Shown: positions 19,743 to 29,080, numbered from the stretch's first letter. The stretch is DNA of 43,300 nt from Cyclobacteriaceae bacterium (GCA_013140555.1 JABFSO010000271.1:1-43300), one strand, 5' to 3'. Notes: generated from the sequence alone by a model not told the origin. Numbers and translations are program-made.

Positions 19743-20948
19743 TTAGTGATCGAGGAAACTCTGCACCATCGATTCATTCACATGATCCATTAGCACTACC
19801 TTCCACCAAGTGGGGTGATCGTGATTATCCGGAACTAAGTTGTAATGATGTTGTATTTCGCGCACCATGTGACGGTTGTGGATGGCCACAATATTCATGT
19901 ATGGATCGTGGATGTATTCAATCTTTTTCTTGTCGAGATCGGCACACATCTTCTTCTTCAAATCCATCACACGCTTCACTTTGGCCTGCAACCCTTTTGA
20001 ACCAAACGCACGCAAAATCATCCATACTGAAATAGCGTTAGCACCCGAGCGACTTCCCGAAAGGGTATGAATTTTATGGGCCATAAAATGTGGCTCGGTG
20101 GTAGCCAGATAGTTCAGATATCCTTTGCGAATCAGAAACACACCGGTGCCGTAGGGAGCTTGCAGCATTTTGTGAGCATCTAAGCTGATGCTCGTTACTT
20201 TGCTGTTCGAAAAATTCAAACTGTTTTTGGGATGTGTAAATGGATACGTAAATCCACCGAATGCACCATCCACATGGACTTTGTAAAACACTTCTTCCTC
20301 ATCCAGTACAGTAGTTAAGTTATCAATATTATCTACTGTACCGAACATAGTAGTCCCCATGTTGGCCACCACAATGAAGTACTCGATTTTTTCCGCTTTC
20401 GCTTTTTTGATTTTGGTGCGCAAATCCTGCAAGTTGATTTGCCTTGAAGTTTTGTGAACATCAATCACCAGTTGTTGAATGCCCAGCAGATTGGCGATTT
20501 TCCAAACAGAGTAGTGTGTATCTTCTGAGTGTACAATCGCAATTTGATGCGACTCTGCCTTGTACTTTCGTTTGAACAGATTTCGAAATATCCACGCGGC
20601 TTGCATGTTGCATTCCGTGCCGCCTGCTGCAATGTATCCATCTTGCATTCCGGGTTTGCCGGCCATCAATTGTTCGGCACAAATTTGAATGGCCTCCATT
20701 TCGAGTTGCTCGGTCCCTTCAAAAAAATCTCCTGAGATACCCTGCGTGGGGCAACCACCGTGATTTGCATTTTGAAGCATGGCATACAAGAAAGGCGATT
20801 GCTGCACGCCCTCTTTTTGAAAAATGCGCGGATCCATCGATGAGATGGGTAAGCCCATCACTTTACTTTTGCCAAAACGCACATTGCGATCAAATGCTTT
20901 TTTAATCGTGTTTCGTATTTCAGACGTGGGGAGACGTTTCCAATACAT
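19743..20948 (-). CDS. Group II PLP-dependent amino acid decarboxylase (MfnA/HDC-like), paralogue A
   Basis: GGTECN, SEDTHYS, MGTTMFGTVD, HVDGAFGG, SLDAHKM (PLP Lys) and GSRSG. The catalytic-loop residue is Phe. Confidence 0.9.
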   Translation of the reverse strand: MYWKRLPTSEIRNTIKKAFDRNVRFGKSKVMGLPISSMDPRIFQKEGVQQSPFLYAMLQNANHGGCPTQGISGDFFEGTEQLEMEAIQICAEQLMAGKPGMQDGYIAAGGTECNMQAAWIFRNLFKRKYKAESHQIAIVHSEDTHYSVWKIANLLGIQQLVIDVHKTSRQINLQDLRTKIKKAKAEKIEYFIVVANMGTTMFGTVDNIDNLTTVLDEEEVFYKVHVDGAFGGFTYPFTHPKNSLNFSNSKVTSISLDAHKMLQAPYGTGVFLIRKGYLNYLATTEPHFMAHKIHTLSGSRSGANAISVWMILRAFGSKGLQAKVKRVMDLKKKMCADLDKKKIEYIHDPYMNIVAIHNRHMVREIQHHYNLVPDNHDHPTWWKVVLMDHVNESMVQSFLDH

Positions 20949-20951
20949 AAG

Positions 20952-22160
20952 TTAATGATCTATAAAGCCATCGATAAGAGCGTTGTCTACATGGTCCATC
21001 ACAATTACACGCCACCACTTCGGATTTTCGGTGTCATCCGGCACCAGCCCATAGAGGCTTTCAATTTGCCGTGTCATGTGTTTGTTTTTGATCGCCACGA
21101 TATTCATTCCGGCTTCATGAAAATACTCAATGTGTTTCGCATCAAGGGCTTCGCAGAGTTGGCGTGTGCGAATAAAAATGCGTTGCATTTTGTAATTCAT
21201 TCCTTTTGACCCGAGCGTTTTCAGCAGCATCCAAATGGCAATTGCATTAGCTCCGGAACGGCTGCCAATAATCGTGTGATCTTTACCGGCCACGTAGCGG
21301 GCTTCTTTGGTAAGAGCGAAGTCCATAAAACCTTTTCGAATCATGAAAAGGCTGGTGCCAAAGGGTGCCCGCAAAATTTTATAAGCATCGGTATTGATGG
21401 AAGTGATTTTGGGATTCTTAAAACTGAGTTTGTGATCGGGCTGGGTAAATGGATAGATAAATCCACCAATGCCTGCGTCCACATGAATTTTGTAAGGCAC
21501 ATTTTGTTCTTCCAGTTGGGCACACACCAAATCAGGATCATCCACCGATCCAAATATTTCGGTGCCCATATTTAAAACCACAATGAAATAAAGAATGCCC
21601 CGGTCTTTGGCAGAAATGATTTGTTGCCTCAGATGATCTTTATCTATTTTTCGAGTGGCTGGATTTACGTTGACCACGATAGGGCGAATATCGAGCAGGT
21701 CACAGCCTTTGATAATTGAGATGCTGCTGTCTTCGGAGAAGAGCACGCCAATTTCTGATGTGCGGCAGCGATAGGTCTGTGTAAAATAATTTCGATAAAT
21801 CCACATCGCCTCCATGTTGCTCTCGCTACCACCACCGGCAATGTACCCATCTTGTTGATTAGGTTGGCCCTGCAATATTTTTTCAGCGCAAAGCTTAATG
21901 GCATCACATTCAATTTCGTGTGTGCCACTAAAAAATGATTCTGATTTTTTATCGATGGTATGACACCCAATGTGGTTAGGGTTTTCGAGCATGGCGCTCA
22001 ATAACGGATCGCCCTCGGCTACCTTATGATAAAATACGCGGGAATCCAGGAAGGATCCTGGCACGCCCATAATTTTGTTGCGCTTATAGGAAACGTTCTT
22101 CTTCAACGCCTGAAAAACGCGCTCACTAATTTGTTCTTTGGTAAGCCGTTTCCAGTACAT
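20952..22160 (-). CDS. Group II PLP-dependent decarboxylase homologue, paralogue B (cis PLP site altered)
   Basis: Colinear with paralogue A (same MYWKRL start). Has GGSESN, SEDSSIS, GTEIFG, HVDAGIGG and TDAYK. Retains ENPNHIGCHT and the loop Tyr (EARYV). Confidence 0.85.
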   Translation of the reverse strand: MYWKRLTKEQISERVFQALKKNVSYKRNKIMGVPGSFLDSRVFYHKVAEGDPLLSAMLENPNHIGCHTIDKKSESFFSGTHEIECDAIKLCAEKILQGQPNQQDGYIAGGGSESNMEAMWIYRNYFTQTYRCRTSEIGVLFSEDSSISIIKGCDLLDIRPIVVNVNPATRKIDKDHLRQQIISAKDRGILYFIVVLNMGTEIFGSVDDPDLVCAQLEEQNVPYKIHVDAGIGGFIYPFTQPDHKLSFKNPKITSINTDAYKILRAPFGTSLFMIRKGFMDFALTKEARYVAGKDHTIIGSRSGANAIAIWMLLKTLGSKGMNYKMQRIFIRTRQLCEALDAKHIEYFHEAGMNIVAIKNKHMTRQIESLYGLVPDDTENPKWWRVIVMDHVDNALIDGFIDH

Positions 22161-22169
22161 GCGGTTGGT

Positions 22170-22844
22170 TTAGTTGAGGAGGCTTTTTTCCATCAGTACA
22201 CAAGATAGAGACTGATCTTCAATGTTGCCAAATATGGCCTCGCCATCAAATAAAAACTCGCGATACAAGATGCTGGCGTAGGGCGTAAAAGCGTAGCGTC
22301 TTCTCACCCCGTTTTGAGATAGACGGCCGGTAACTTCGGTAATCATTTTCTTGTAGTTTTTCGATTTGGCCAATTCTAAAGATTGCCCAAAAAGAAGGAA
22401 AGCTACTTTCGTGCCTTGATACTCGGGATGAACGCCCGTTACAAATGAAACAACTACCTCTCCGTATGCGGCTATTTTTTTGTCAGATATGTACTTGCTT
22501 TGCAGCTGCCCCAGCATTTCAAAAATGGGCAAGAAATTTTGGTGAGCGCTAATATCAAACTGGATTTCATCTAGGGCATCTTGCAAAATTGTAAAGCCGG
22601 CAATTTTTGTCGTGGCTTCGTCAATGGCTACTAATCCCATCCCTTGTTCAATTGCCTGTTGGCAGCAAACGAGCGCAAACGGTATAAACTCATCTTTTTG
22701 GATTCCCAACTGACGTACCATAGGTTCGCGCTGAAAACTACGAGCAAAACATTCGGCAGCATCGTTTAAATCTTCCGGCTGCATTAAGCGGTATAGAATT
22801 CCTTCTTCAACTAAAGTTTGTGATAAAATTGATGCTTCTTTCAT
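22170..22844 (-). CDS. GNAT N-acyltransferase resembling arylalkylamine N-acetyltransferases (Dat/iAANAT-like)
   Basis: F.REPM, GLVAID...IAGF, GVHPEYQGTKVA (motif A variant) and TEVTGRLSQ....F....ILY.EF.FDGE.IF. Confidence 0.72.
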   Translation of the reverse strand: MKEASILSQTLVEEGILYRLMQPEDLNDAAECFARSFQREPMVRQLGIQKDEFIPFALVCCQQAIEQGMGLVAIDEATTKIAGFTILQDALDEIQFDISAHQNFLPIFEMLGQLQSKYISDKKIAAYGEVVVSFVTGVHPEYQGTKVAFLLFGQSLELAKSKNYKKMITEVTGRLSQNGVRRRYAFTPYASILYREFLFDGEAIFGNIEDQSLSCVLMEKSLLN

Positions 22845-22891
22845 GGAAAAGGTTTACTTTAAATTTGGCTTTTAGGTATTTTTTCGGGGCG

Positions 22892-22899
22892 CAAATATA
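22892..22899 (-). promoter_or_regulatory. -7 promoter box for the GNAT-decarboxylase operon
   Basis: Minus strand reads TATATTTG (TAnnTTTG), upstream of ATG 22844. Confidence 0.6.
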
Positions 22900-23015
22900 C
22901 AATACTATTCAAAGAATGCGTGGCTGATGTGACTATTTACCAATTCCGTTAAAGTTTGATTAATATTTATACCACAATTAGATACAACTCGTAATCCTCC
23001 GAAGAGCAACGTAGC

Positions 23016-26000
23016 ATGAAAGATCTCCCCTCTGATGCGATATTATTGAAAGAGAACTCCTTTTGGTCGGTTTACCGATGGAAGAATGCGGAGTCTACTC
23101 GTGAGGTGATCTTAAAATTGCTGAACCCTACTAGTGTAAGAAATGGCCACTTGAAGCAGTTGAGCGATGAATATGCAATTACACGTCAACTTGATTTGCC
23201 CTTCGTGCGCAAAGCGTTGGAAAAACTAAAACTCAATAATCGGGAAGGACTTGTATTGGAGTATTTGCCCGGTACAACATTGAAGGAGTGGATTAAGAAT
23301 AACAGTGGATTAGAAGTAAAGAAGTTTTTAGAGTTAGCCATTTGCATAGCAGATCAACTTTTTCAAATTCATGAAAAAGGATATTACCACCGTGATATCA
23401 ATCCGGAAAACATGATTGTAAACGAAACACTTACGACTGTTACGTTTATTGATTTTGATCTGGCCACTCCGTTTGGTGTTTTGCGCGAACAGCCGCTGAA
23501 GGAATCACTGGAAGGTACCCTCGCATATCTTTCGCCCGAGCAAACCGGAAGAACCAATCGGAAAATAGATTACCGAACCGACCTGTATTCACTGGGCATT
23601 ACCTTCTATGAAGCGCTTACAGGCCAATTGCCTTTTTCTTTTTCTGATCCCACTGAAATGATTCATGCGCATCTCGCCATTGAGCCGAAGAGCGTACATG
23701 AAATTAAGAGCGACATTCCAATGATGATTTCGCTCATCATTAAGAAGATGATGGCGAAGAATGCAGAGATGCGCTATCAGTCTCTGGAAGGAGTAAAACA
23801 TGATCTCACAAAATGCAAATCGCTTTTAGAGAATTCCGGCAGCATTGGCGAGTTTCAGCTGGCTGAGCGCGATCACTTTGGCAGGTTCAACATACCGCAT
23901 TTGTTGCTGGGGCGCGAACGCGAAACGGCTCTGCTGCGCCAAATGTTGGAAAGAGTGATTCAAAGTTCTTCCTGCGAAATTTTAATCATCACCGGAGAAG
24001 CCGGATCAGGTAAGTCAACACTGGCTGCGCATTTGCATCCGTATTTGCTGGAGCAACACGGGTATTTCGTTTCCGGAAAATACGATGTTCCACAATTAAG
24101 TTCACCGTACAGTGCGATCATTTCTGCCTTTAAAGGTTTAATCAACATTCTTCTGAGCGAACCGGAAGAGTCAATATTGGAATGGAAAGAAGTTCTGAAC
24201 CGTGCCGTGGGCGATTCGGGAAATGTACTAACCGAAGTAATACCGGAGCTGCAATTAATTTTGGGCCCACAGCCGCAACTTACTCAACTAGGCTCACGCG
24301 AGGCGGGTTTTCGATTCAACTATGTTTTTACCAATTTCATAAAAGCCATTAGCGCCAAGCATCCGCTCGTCATCTTTTTAGATGACCTGCAATGGGCCGA
24401 TGAAGCATCGTTGATTTTGAACAAGGCTATTCTGACAGAAAAAGAATTGGGCAAAGTGTTTTTGATTGCCACTTGCCGTGAAGAAGAAAGAGCCGCCAAT
24501 ACGCAATTGGTAGCTGTTCTAAACGACATAGAAAAGAGTAAGCCCATCGAATATTTATTGTTGGAGCCGTTGCCACTTCAGGCAATTCAACAGATTGTGC
24601 TAGAAACAATCAACTGTACCATTAGCCAGGCAAATGTGTTGGCACAAGCCGTTCAACGAAAAACATTGGGCAATGCTTTTTTTGTCAATCAATTTTTAAA
24701 ATCGCTTTACGAGAGAAATTACCTGCGCTGGCAAAATGCACTCGGTTGGACGTGGGATGAAGAGGAGATAGAAAATCTCAATATTACAGATAACGTAGTA
24801 GATCTGCTTTGCCAGTCCATTCGCAAAATGGAACCGACTACACAGCAGTCTTTAATGGTAGCTTCCTGCATTGGCCGCGATTTCTCAGTTTCACAATTGG
24901 CCAGCGTACTCGAAAACCATGATCAGGTCATCTTGGCTTTTTTACAGGATGCTGTTAAAAATGGGTTGATAACCTACTCGGCAATTGGCCGGGTAGTGCA
25001 ACAAAATGAGTCGCAGAAATTTCGCTTTACGCATGATCGCATTCAGCAAGCTTCCTATTCATTATTAGATGAAACCCAAAAGCAGCAATGGCATTATAAA
25101 ATTGCCATGAACCTGGTGCACTTTCAGGCAGAAGAAACCGATCAATATCTGTTTGAAATTGTAAATCATTTCCGATTGTCCAAGCCGCTGATACGCGAAG
25201 ACAAACTGAAACAGCAGGTGGCGCGATTTAATTTAGATGCCGGCTTGTTGGCCAAACGATCGGTGGCCTTTCCACAGGCGCATGGCTATTTTCAAGAAGC
25301 TTTATTTTGGCTTCAACCTTTCAAACCTTGGACAACAGATTACGAAACAACACTTCAGTTGTTTGATGAGATTGCGGACACATCGTATTTGATTGGAAAC
25401 TACGAGCGAATGGAGTATGCTATTGACTCCATTTTGAAAAATACGACTACACTGCTCCATCAAATTAAAGCCTACGAAGTAAAGATTCAATACTTTCAAT
25501 CGCGCAATAAATTATTGGAAGCCGTCAAATTGGCGGTAGAGGTAGCGGCCATGTTGGGCGTGCGGCTTCCGGCTAAGCCTTCTAATTTAACGATTCTTAC
25601 ATCGTTGCTCTCGCTGCAATTTTCATTGGCGAAAAAGAGCCATGACTCGCTCGTATTATTACCGGAAATGAAGAACCCAAAGATTTTGGCAGCCATGCGC
25701 ATATTAGTAAGCGTAAACAGTGCTACCTACTTTGCTGTTCCCAATCTGTTTCCTTTGCTGGTATTTCGGCAAGTAGAGCTTTCGCTGAAATATGGCAACT
25801 GCGAATTTTCTCCTTTTGCGTATGCTTCGTTTGGTGTAGTAAAAACCGGTGTGCTTGGGGATATTGAAGGTGGTTACAAATTGGGTCAGGTGGCCGAGAG
25901 ATTACTCGATCAATTCCCTTCCAAAAGTTTGCGCGTGCGCACCATGATTGTGATCAATGGATTTCTCAATCATTGGAAAGTTCACCCCGGTTATTTTGTA

Positions 26001-28298
26001 CTGGCGCTTCCTGCTTACTTTGATGCAGCCAAAGAATCTGGTGATATTGAGTATGCCGCCTTGTGTTTATTTAATCAAACCTTGTATAGTTTTTGTTTGG
26101 GCCAGTCGTTGATGCGCCTCGAACAAGAAGCGACTCAACGCGATGAAATCATTCAATCCTATAACCAAAACACACCGCTATTTTTTAATAAGATTTTTTT
26201 GCAGACTGTGATCAATTTGCGCGGAGGCGCGGTAAATCCAACCGAACTTATTGGCAGAGGGTATGATGAGTCGGTGATGATTGATATCCATCAGCGGGCA
26301 AACGACAAAACATCTTTGTTCGCTTGTTACATGCAAAAAGCCTACCTCCACTTTTTGTTTTATCAGCATGAACACGCCCTCACGTACATCAACAAAACTG
26401 AGCAGTATATTGGAAACGCCATTGCTTCGGTTATCTATCCGGTTTATTTCTTTTACGAAGCGCTGATTTATGCGGCTCAGGCCAAGAGCAAAGAAGCTTC
26501 GGGCACAGTACTTAAACGGGTTAAGAAAAACCTTCGGAAACTTGAAAAGTGGGCGAAGCTTTCACCCGAGCATCATGGGCATCGCCATCAATTACTATTG
26601 GCAGAATATTACCGACTTGTAGGAAATAGTTATGAGGCGGCTAGCTGCTACGAAGAATCCATCAAGCGTGCCAGCGAGAATCAGTTTGTTCAAGAGGCCG
26701 CGCTGGCCTTTGAGTTGGCAGGTAAATATTACCTCGAGCAAGGCCGGGAATCGCTAGCCGTTTATTATTTAGAAAGCGCGGTGCGTGCGTATGCACAATG
26801 GGGTGCTATTGAAAAAGTAAAACACCTTACTGCTCAGTTTGGTAAGCTGCTACGCTACAGACGCGTGGAGGAGTTTACCGTTTTTGAAGCAAATGATTCA
26901 CTCCGTCTCAATAACAGTCAGGCGCTGGATTTGAATACAGTAGTGAAAGCCAATCAAGCCATTTCGCAAGAATTGGTGTTGGGAGCGCTGCTCGAAAAAA
27001 TGATGGTGATTGTTGAACAAAGTGCCGGGGCCCAGCGCGGAGCACTGATTGACAATGACAACAACCAACTGAAAGTTTTGGTAGATCGCCATGCCATGAT
27101 GCACAGCCCACTGGATGCGGCTAAAGATTTGCCCCTTTCAGTCATTCACTATGTAGCGCGTACCAAAAAAAGTTTGGTTTTTGGAAACGCCTATAAAGAC
27201 TTACAATTTGGAAATGATGAGTACATCATTCGCGAGCAACCCAAATCGATACTTTGTTATCCTGTTATTCGCAAGGGCAAATTGAGTTGCATTTTTTATC
27301 TGGAGAATAATTTAGCCTATGATACATTCACGGCACAACGACTGGAGTTGCTCGACATCTTAGCGCCACAGATGGCCATTTCTATTGAGAATGCCTTGCT
27401 CTATGAAAACCTGGAGGCAAAAGTGAAAATGCGCACCGAGGAAATTCAGGTGAAAAATGAGAAGCTGGAACAACAGAAAGCAGAAATCGGGTACCAACGC
27501 GATCGATTGGAAGACGCTCAAAAAGAAATCATTTTCAAAAATGAAGAGCTTCGAAAAGTGAATTCCAATCTGGAGTTGATTGTGGAAGAGCGCACGCGCG
27601 AGCTGATGGTCACTTTAGAGAAACTAAAAGAAAGCAACAAAGAACTCGATACGTTTATTTATCGCGCTTCACACGATTTGAAAGGCCCGATCCTTCGCAT
27701 TCAAGGTTTGACGATGATCACGCAGCGTGAGCCTGATCCTGCTCTGCAAAAACTAAATATCAATAGGATTGAATTTACAGCCATTGAAATGGGGCGGGTG
27801 CTTTCTAAGTTGTTAAACATCCATCAGGTTTTTAAAGATGAAATTGAAAAAACCAAAGTCAACTTTGAACAACTAATCAGCGATGTAGCCAAAACATTGC
27901 AACCATTAATTTGGGAGAATACTGACTTTTTGATTGTGGATATTCCAAATGACCTTGTATTCTATTCAGATATTCAATTCCTGAAAACCATTTTGGAAAA
28001 CTTGATTGAAAACTCGATTGTGTTTCGCAAAGAAGGCGTTGATCTGAAAATCAAAGTTGCCATTCGTGTGCAGCAAGGCAAGCTGATTTTGTCTGTGCGC
28101 GATAATGGATCCGGTATCGATCCGGAAATCAAAGATCAATTGTTCAATATGTTCTATCGTGGCTCCGAAAAATCAATCGGTAATGGATTAGGATTGTACC
28201 TCGTAAAGAAGGCCACCGAAAAATTAGACGGTGAGGTTCACATTGAAAGCACTCAATATGAATTTACCGAAGTTAACGTAGTAATCCCTTCAGCCTAG
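23016..28298 (+). CDS. Trifunctional Ser/Thr kinase - AAA/STAND ATPase - helical (TPR-like) - GAF - histidine kinase (HstK-like)
   Basis: Kinase: HRDINPEN, IDFD, GTLAYLSPEQTGR, DLYSLG. ATPase: Walker A GEAGSGKS, Walker B FLDDLQWAD, GNAFF, FTHDRIQ. GAF: PKSILCYP..YLENN. His kinase: H-box ASHDLKGP, N-box NLIENS, DNGSGI, GNGLGL. Confidence 0.92.
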   Translation: MKDLPSDAILLKENSFWSVYRWKNAESTREVILKLLNPTSVRNGHLKQLSDEYAITRQLDLPFVRKALEKLKLNNREGLVLEYLPGTTLKEWIKNNSGLEVKKFLELAICIADQLFQIHEKGYYHRDINPENMIVNETLTTVTFIDFDLATPFGVLREQPLKESLEGTLAYLSPEQTGRTNRKIDYRTDLYSLGITFYEALTGQLPFSFSDPTEMIHAHLAIEPKSVHEIKSDIPMMISLIIKKMMAKNAEMRYQSLEGVKHDLTKCKSLLENSGSIGEFQLAERDHFGRFNIPHLLLGRERETALLRQMLERVIQSSSCEILIITGEAGSGKSTLAAHLHPYLLEQHGYFVSGKYDVPQLSSPYSAIISAFKGLINILLSEPEESILEWKEVLNRAVGDSGNVLTEVIPELQLILGPQPQLTQLGSREAGFRFNYVFTNFIKAISAKHPLVIFLDDLQWADEASLILNKAILTEKELGKVFLIATCREEERAANTQLVAVLNDIEKSKPIEYLLLEPLPLQAIQQIVLETINCTISQANVLAQAVQRKTLGNAFFVNQFLKSLYERNYLRWQNALGWTWDEEEIENLNITDNVVDLLCQSIRKMEPTTQQSLMVASCIGRDFSVSQLASVLENHDQVILAFLQDAVKNGLITYSAIGRVVQQNESQKFRFTHDRIQQASYSLLDETQKQQWHYKIAMNLVHFQAEETDQYLFEIVNHFRLSKPLIREDKLKQQVARFNLDAGLLAKRSVAFPQAHGYFQEALFWLQPFKPWTTDYETTLQLFDEIADTSYLIGNYERMEYAIDSILKNTTTLLHQIKAYEVKIQYFQSRNKLLEAVKLAVEVAAMLGVRLPAKPSNLTILTSLLSLQFSLAKKSHDSLVLLPEMKNPKILAAMRILVSVNSATYFAVPNLFPLLVFRQVELSLKYGNCEFSPFAYASFGVVKTGVLGDIEGGYKLGQVAERLLDQFPSKSLRVRTMIVINGFLNHWKVHPGYFVLALPAYFDAAKESGDIEYAALCLFNQTLYSFCLGQSLMRLEQEATQRDEIIQSYNQNTPLFFNKIFLQTVINLRGGAVNPTELIGRGYDESVMIDIHQRANDKTSLFACYMQKAYLHFLFYQHEHALTYINKTEQYIGNAIASVIYPVYFFYEALIYAAQAKSKEASGTVLKRVKKNLRKLEKWAKLSPEHHGHRHQLLLAEYYRLVGNSYEAASCYEESIKRASENQFVQEAALAFELAGKYYLEQGRESLAVYYLESAVRAYAQWGAIEKVKHLTAQFGKLLRYRRVEEFTVFEANDSLRLNNSQALDLNTVVKANQAISQELVLGALLEKMMVIVEQSAGAQRGALIDNDNNQLKVLVDRHAMMHSPLDAAKDLPLSVIHYVARTKKSLVFGNAYKDLQFGNDEYIIREQPKSILCYPVIRKGKLSCIFYLENNLAYDTFTAQRLELLDILAPQMAISIENALLYENLEAKVKMRTEEIQVKNEKLEQQKAEIGYQRDRLEDAQKEIIFKNEELRKVNSNLELIVEERTRELMVTLEKLKESNKELDTFIYRASHDLKGPILRIQGLTMITQREPDPALQKLNINRIEFTAIEMGRVLSKLLNIHQVFKDEIEKTKVNFEQLISDVAKTLQPLIWENTDFLIVDIPNDLVFYSDIQFLKTILENLIENSIVFRKEGVDLKIKVAIRVQQGKLILSVRDNGSGIDPEIKDQLFNMFYRGSEKSIGNGLGLYLVKKATEKLDGEVHIESTQYEFTEVNVVIPSA

Positions 28299-29080
28299 CC
28301 TTCGGAAGGGATGTCAGAAGAAACTTCAGACGAAACTTCTTCGTGGCGCATTACCCAGAAATTATTAAACCCTTCGCCTTGCTGAATGTTGATGAATCCG
28401 TTTGCCAGCAACTCTAAAATGGAAAGGAAATTAAAAATTAATGCAATACGAGTAGGTGCATTTTCAAAGAGCTCAATAAAAGCAACGCGTGGCTTGCTGC
28501 TGATTTGCTCTAAAATATATTGCTTCTGCCCCTCAATCGTGTAGGGGTATTGAATTACCTGATGCACCGGCTTGTTCTTTTCTTCATCTTGACGCTTGAG
28601 CACCTTTTCGAATACTGTCAGTAGTTTGAAAAGATCCACATCTTGCAATTCCGCCTCTACATTTGTGCTTTCAGCTAACTGACGAAGTTCTTTCATCAAA
28701 TTGCCGCGCTTTTCTTTCATCAACTCGCTCTCCTCCATTTTGTGGAATTGCTCTACCACCGACTTGTACTTTTTGTACTCCATCAAGTGTTTCACTAACT
28801 CCTCGCGTGGGTCAATTTCGTTGCCTTGCTCATCGAGTTGTGGTCGTGGCAGCAACATTTTCGACTTAATTCGCATAAGCGTGGCAGCCACCAAAATGAA
28901 TTCGCTGGCCACTTCAATGTTCATGGTCTCCAGCTTTCGCAGATATTCCAAAAAATCGTTGGTGATTTTTGAAATAGGAATGTCATTTATTTCTAATTCA
29001 TCGCGCTCGATGAAGAATAAAAGTAAGTCAAAAGGCCCTTCAAAAAGGGGCAGGTGAATTTCGAAAGGTTGTTGTTCCAT
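28295..29080 (-). CDS. scpA: Segregation and condensation protein A (kleisin)
   Basis: FEGPFDLLLFFI, ASEFILVAATLMRIKSKMLLP, DPREELV and FLSILEL. Confidence 0.94.
   Translation of the reverse strand: MEQQPFEIHLPLFEGPFDLLLFFIERDELEINDIPISKITNDFLEYLRKLETMNIEVASEFILVAATLMRIKSKMLLPRPQLDEQGNEIDPREELVKHLMEYKKYKSVVEQFHKMEESELMKEKRGNLMKELRQLAESTNVEAELQDVDLFKLLTVFEKVLKRQDEEKNKPVHQVIQYPYTIEGQKQYILEQISSKPRVAFIELFENAPTRIALIFNFLSILELLANGFINIQQGEGFNNFWVMRHEEVSSEVSSDIPSEG

Noticed and set aside
28295-28298. Shared CTAG stop overlap (also TTAA at 42983-42986)
   Set aside because: 4-nt convergent stop overlaps are common in compact genomes.
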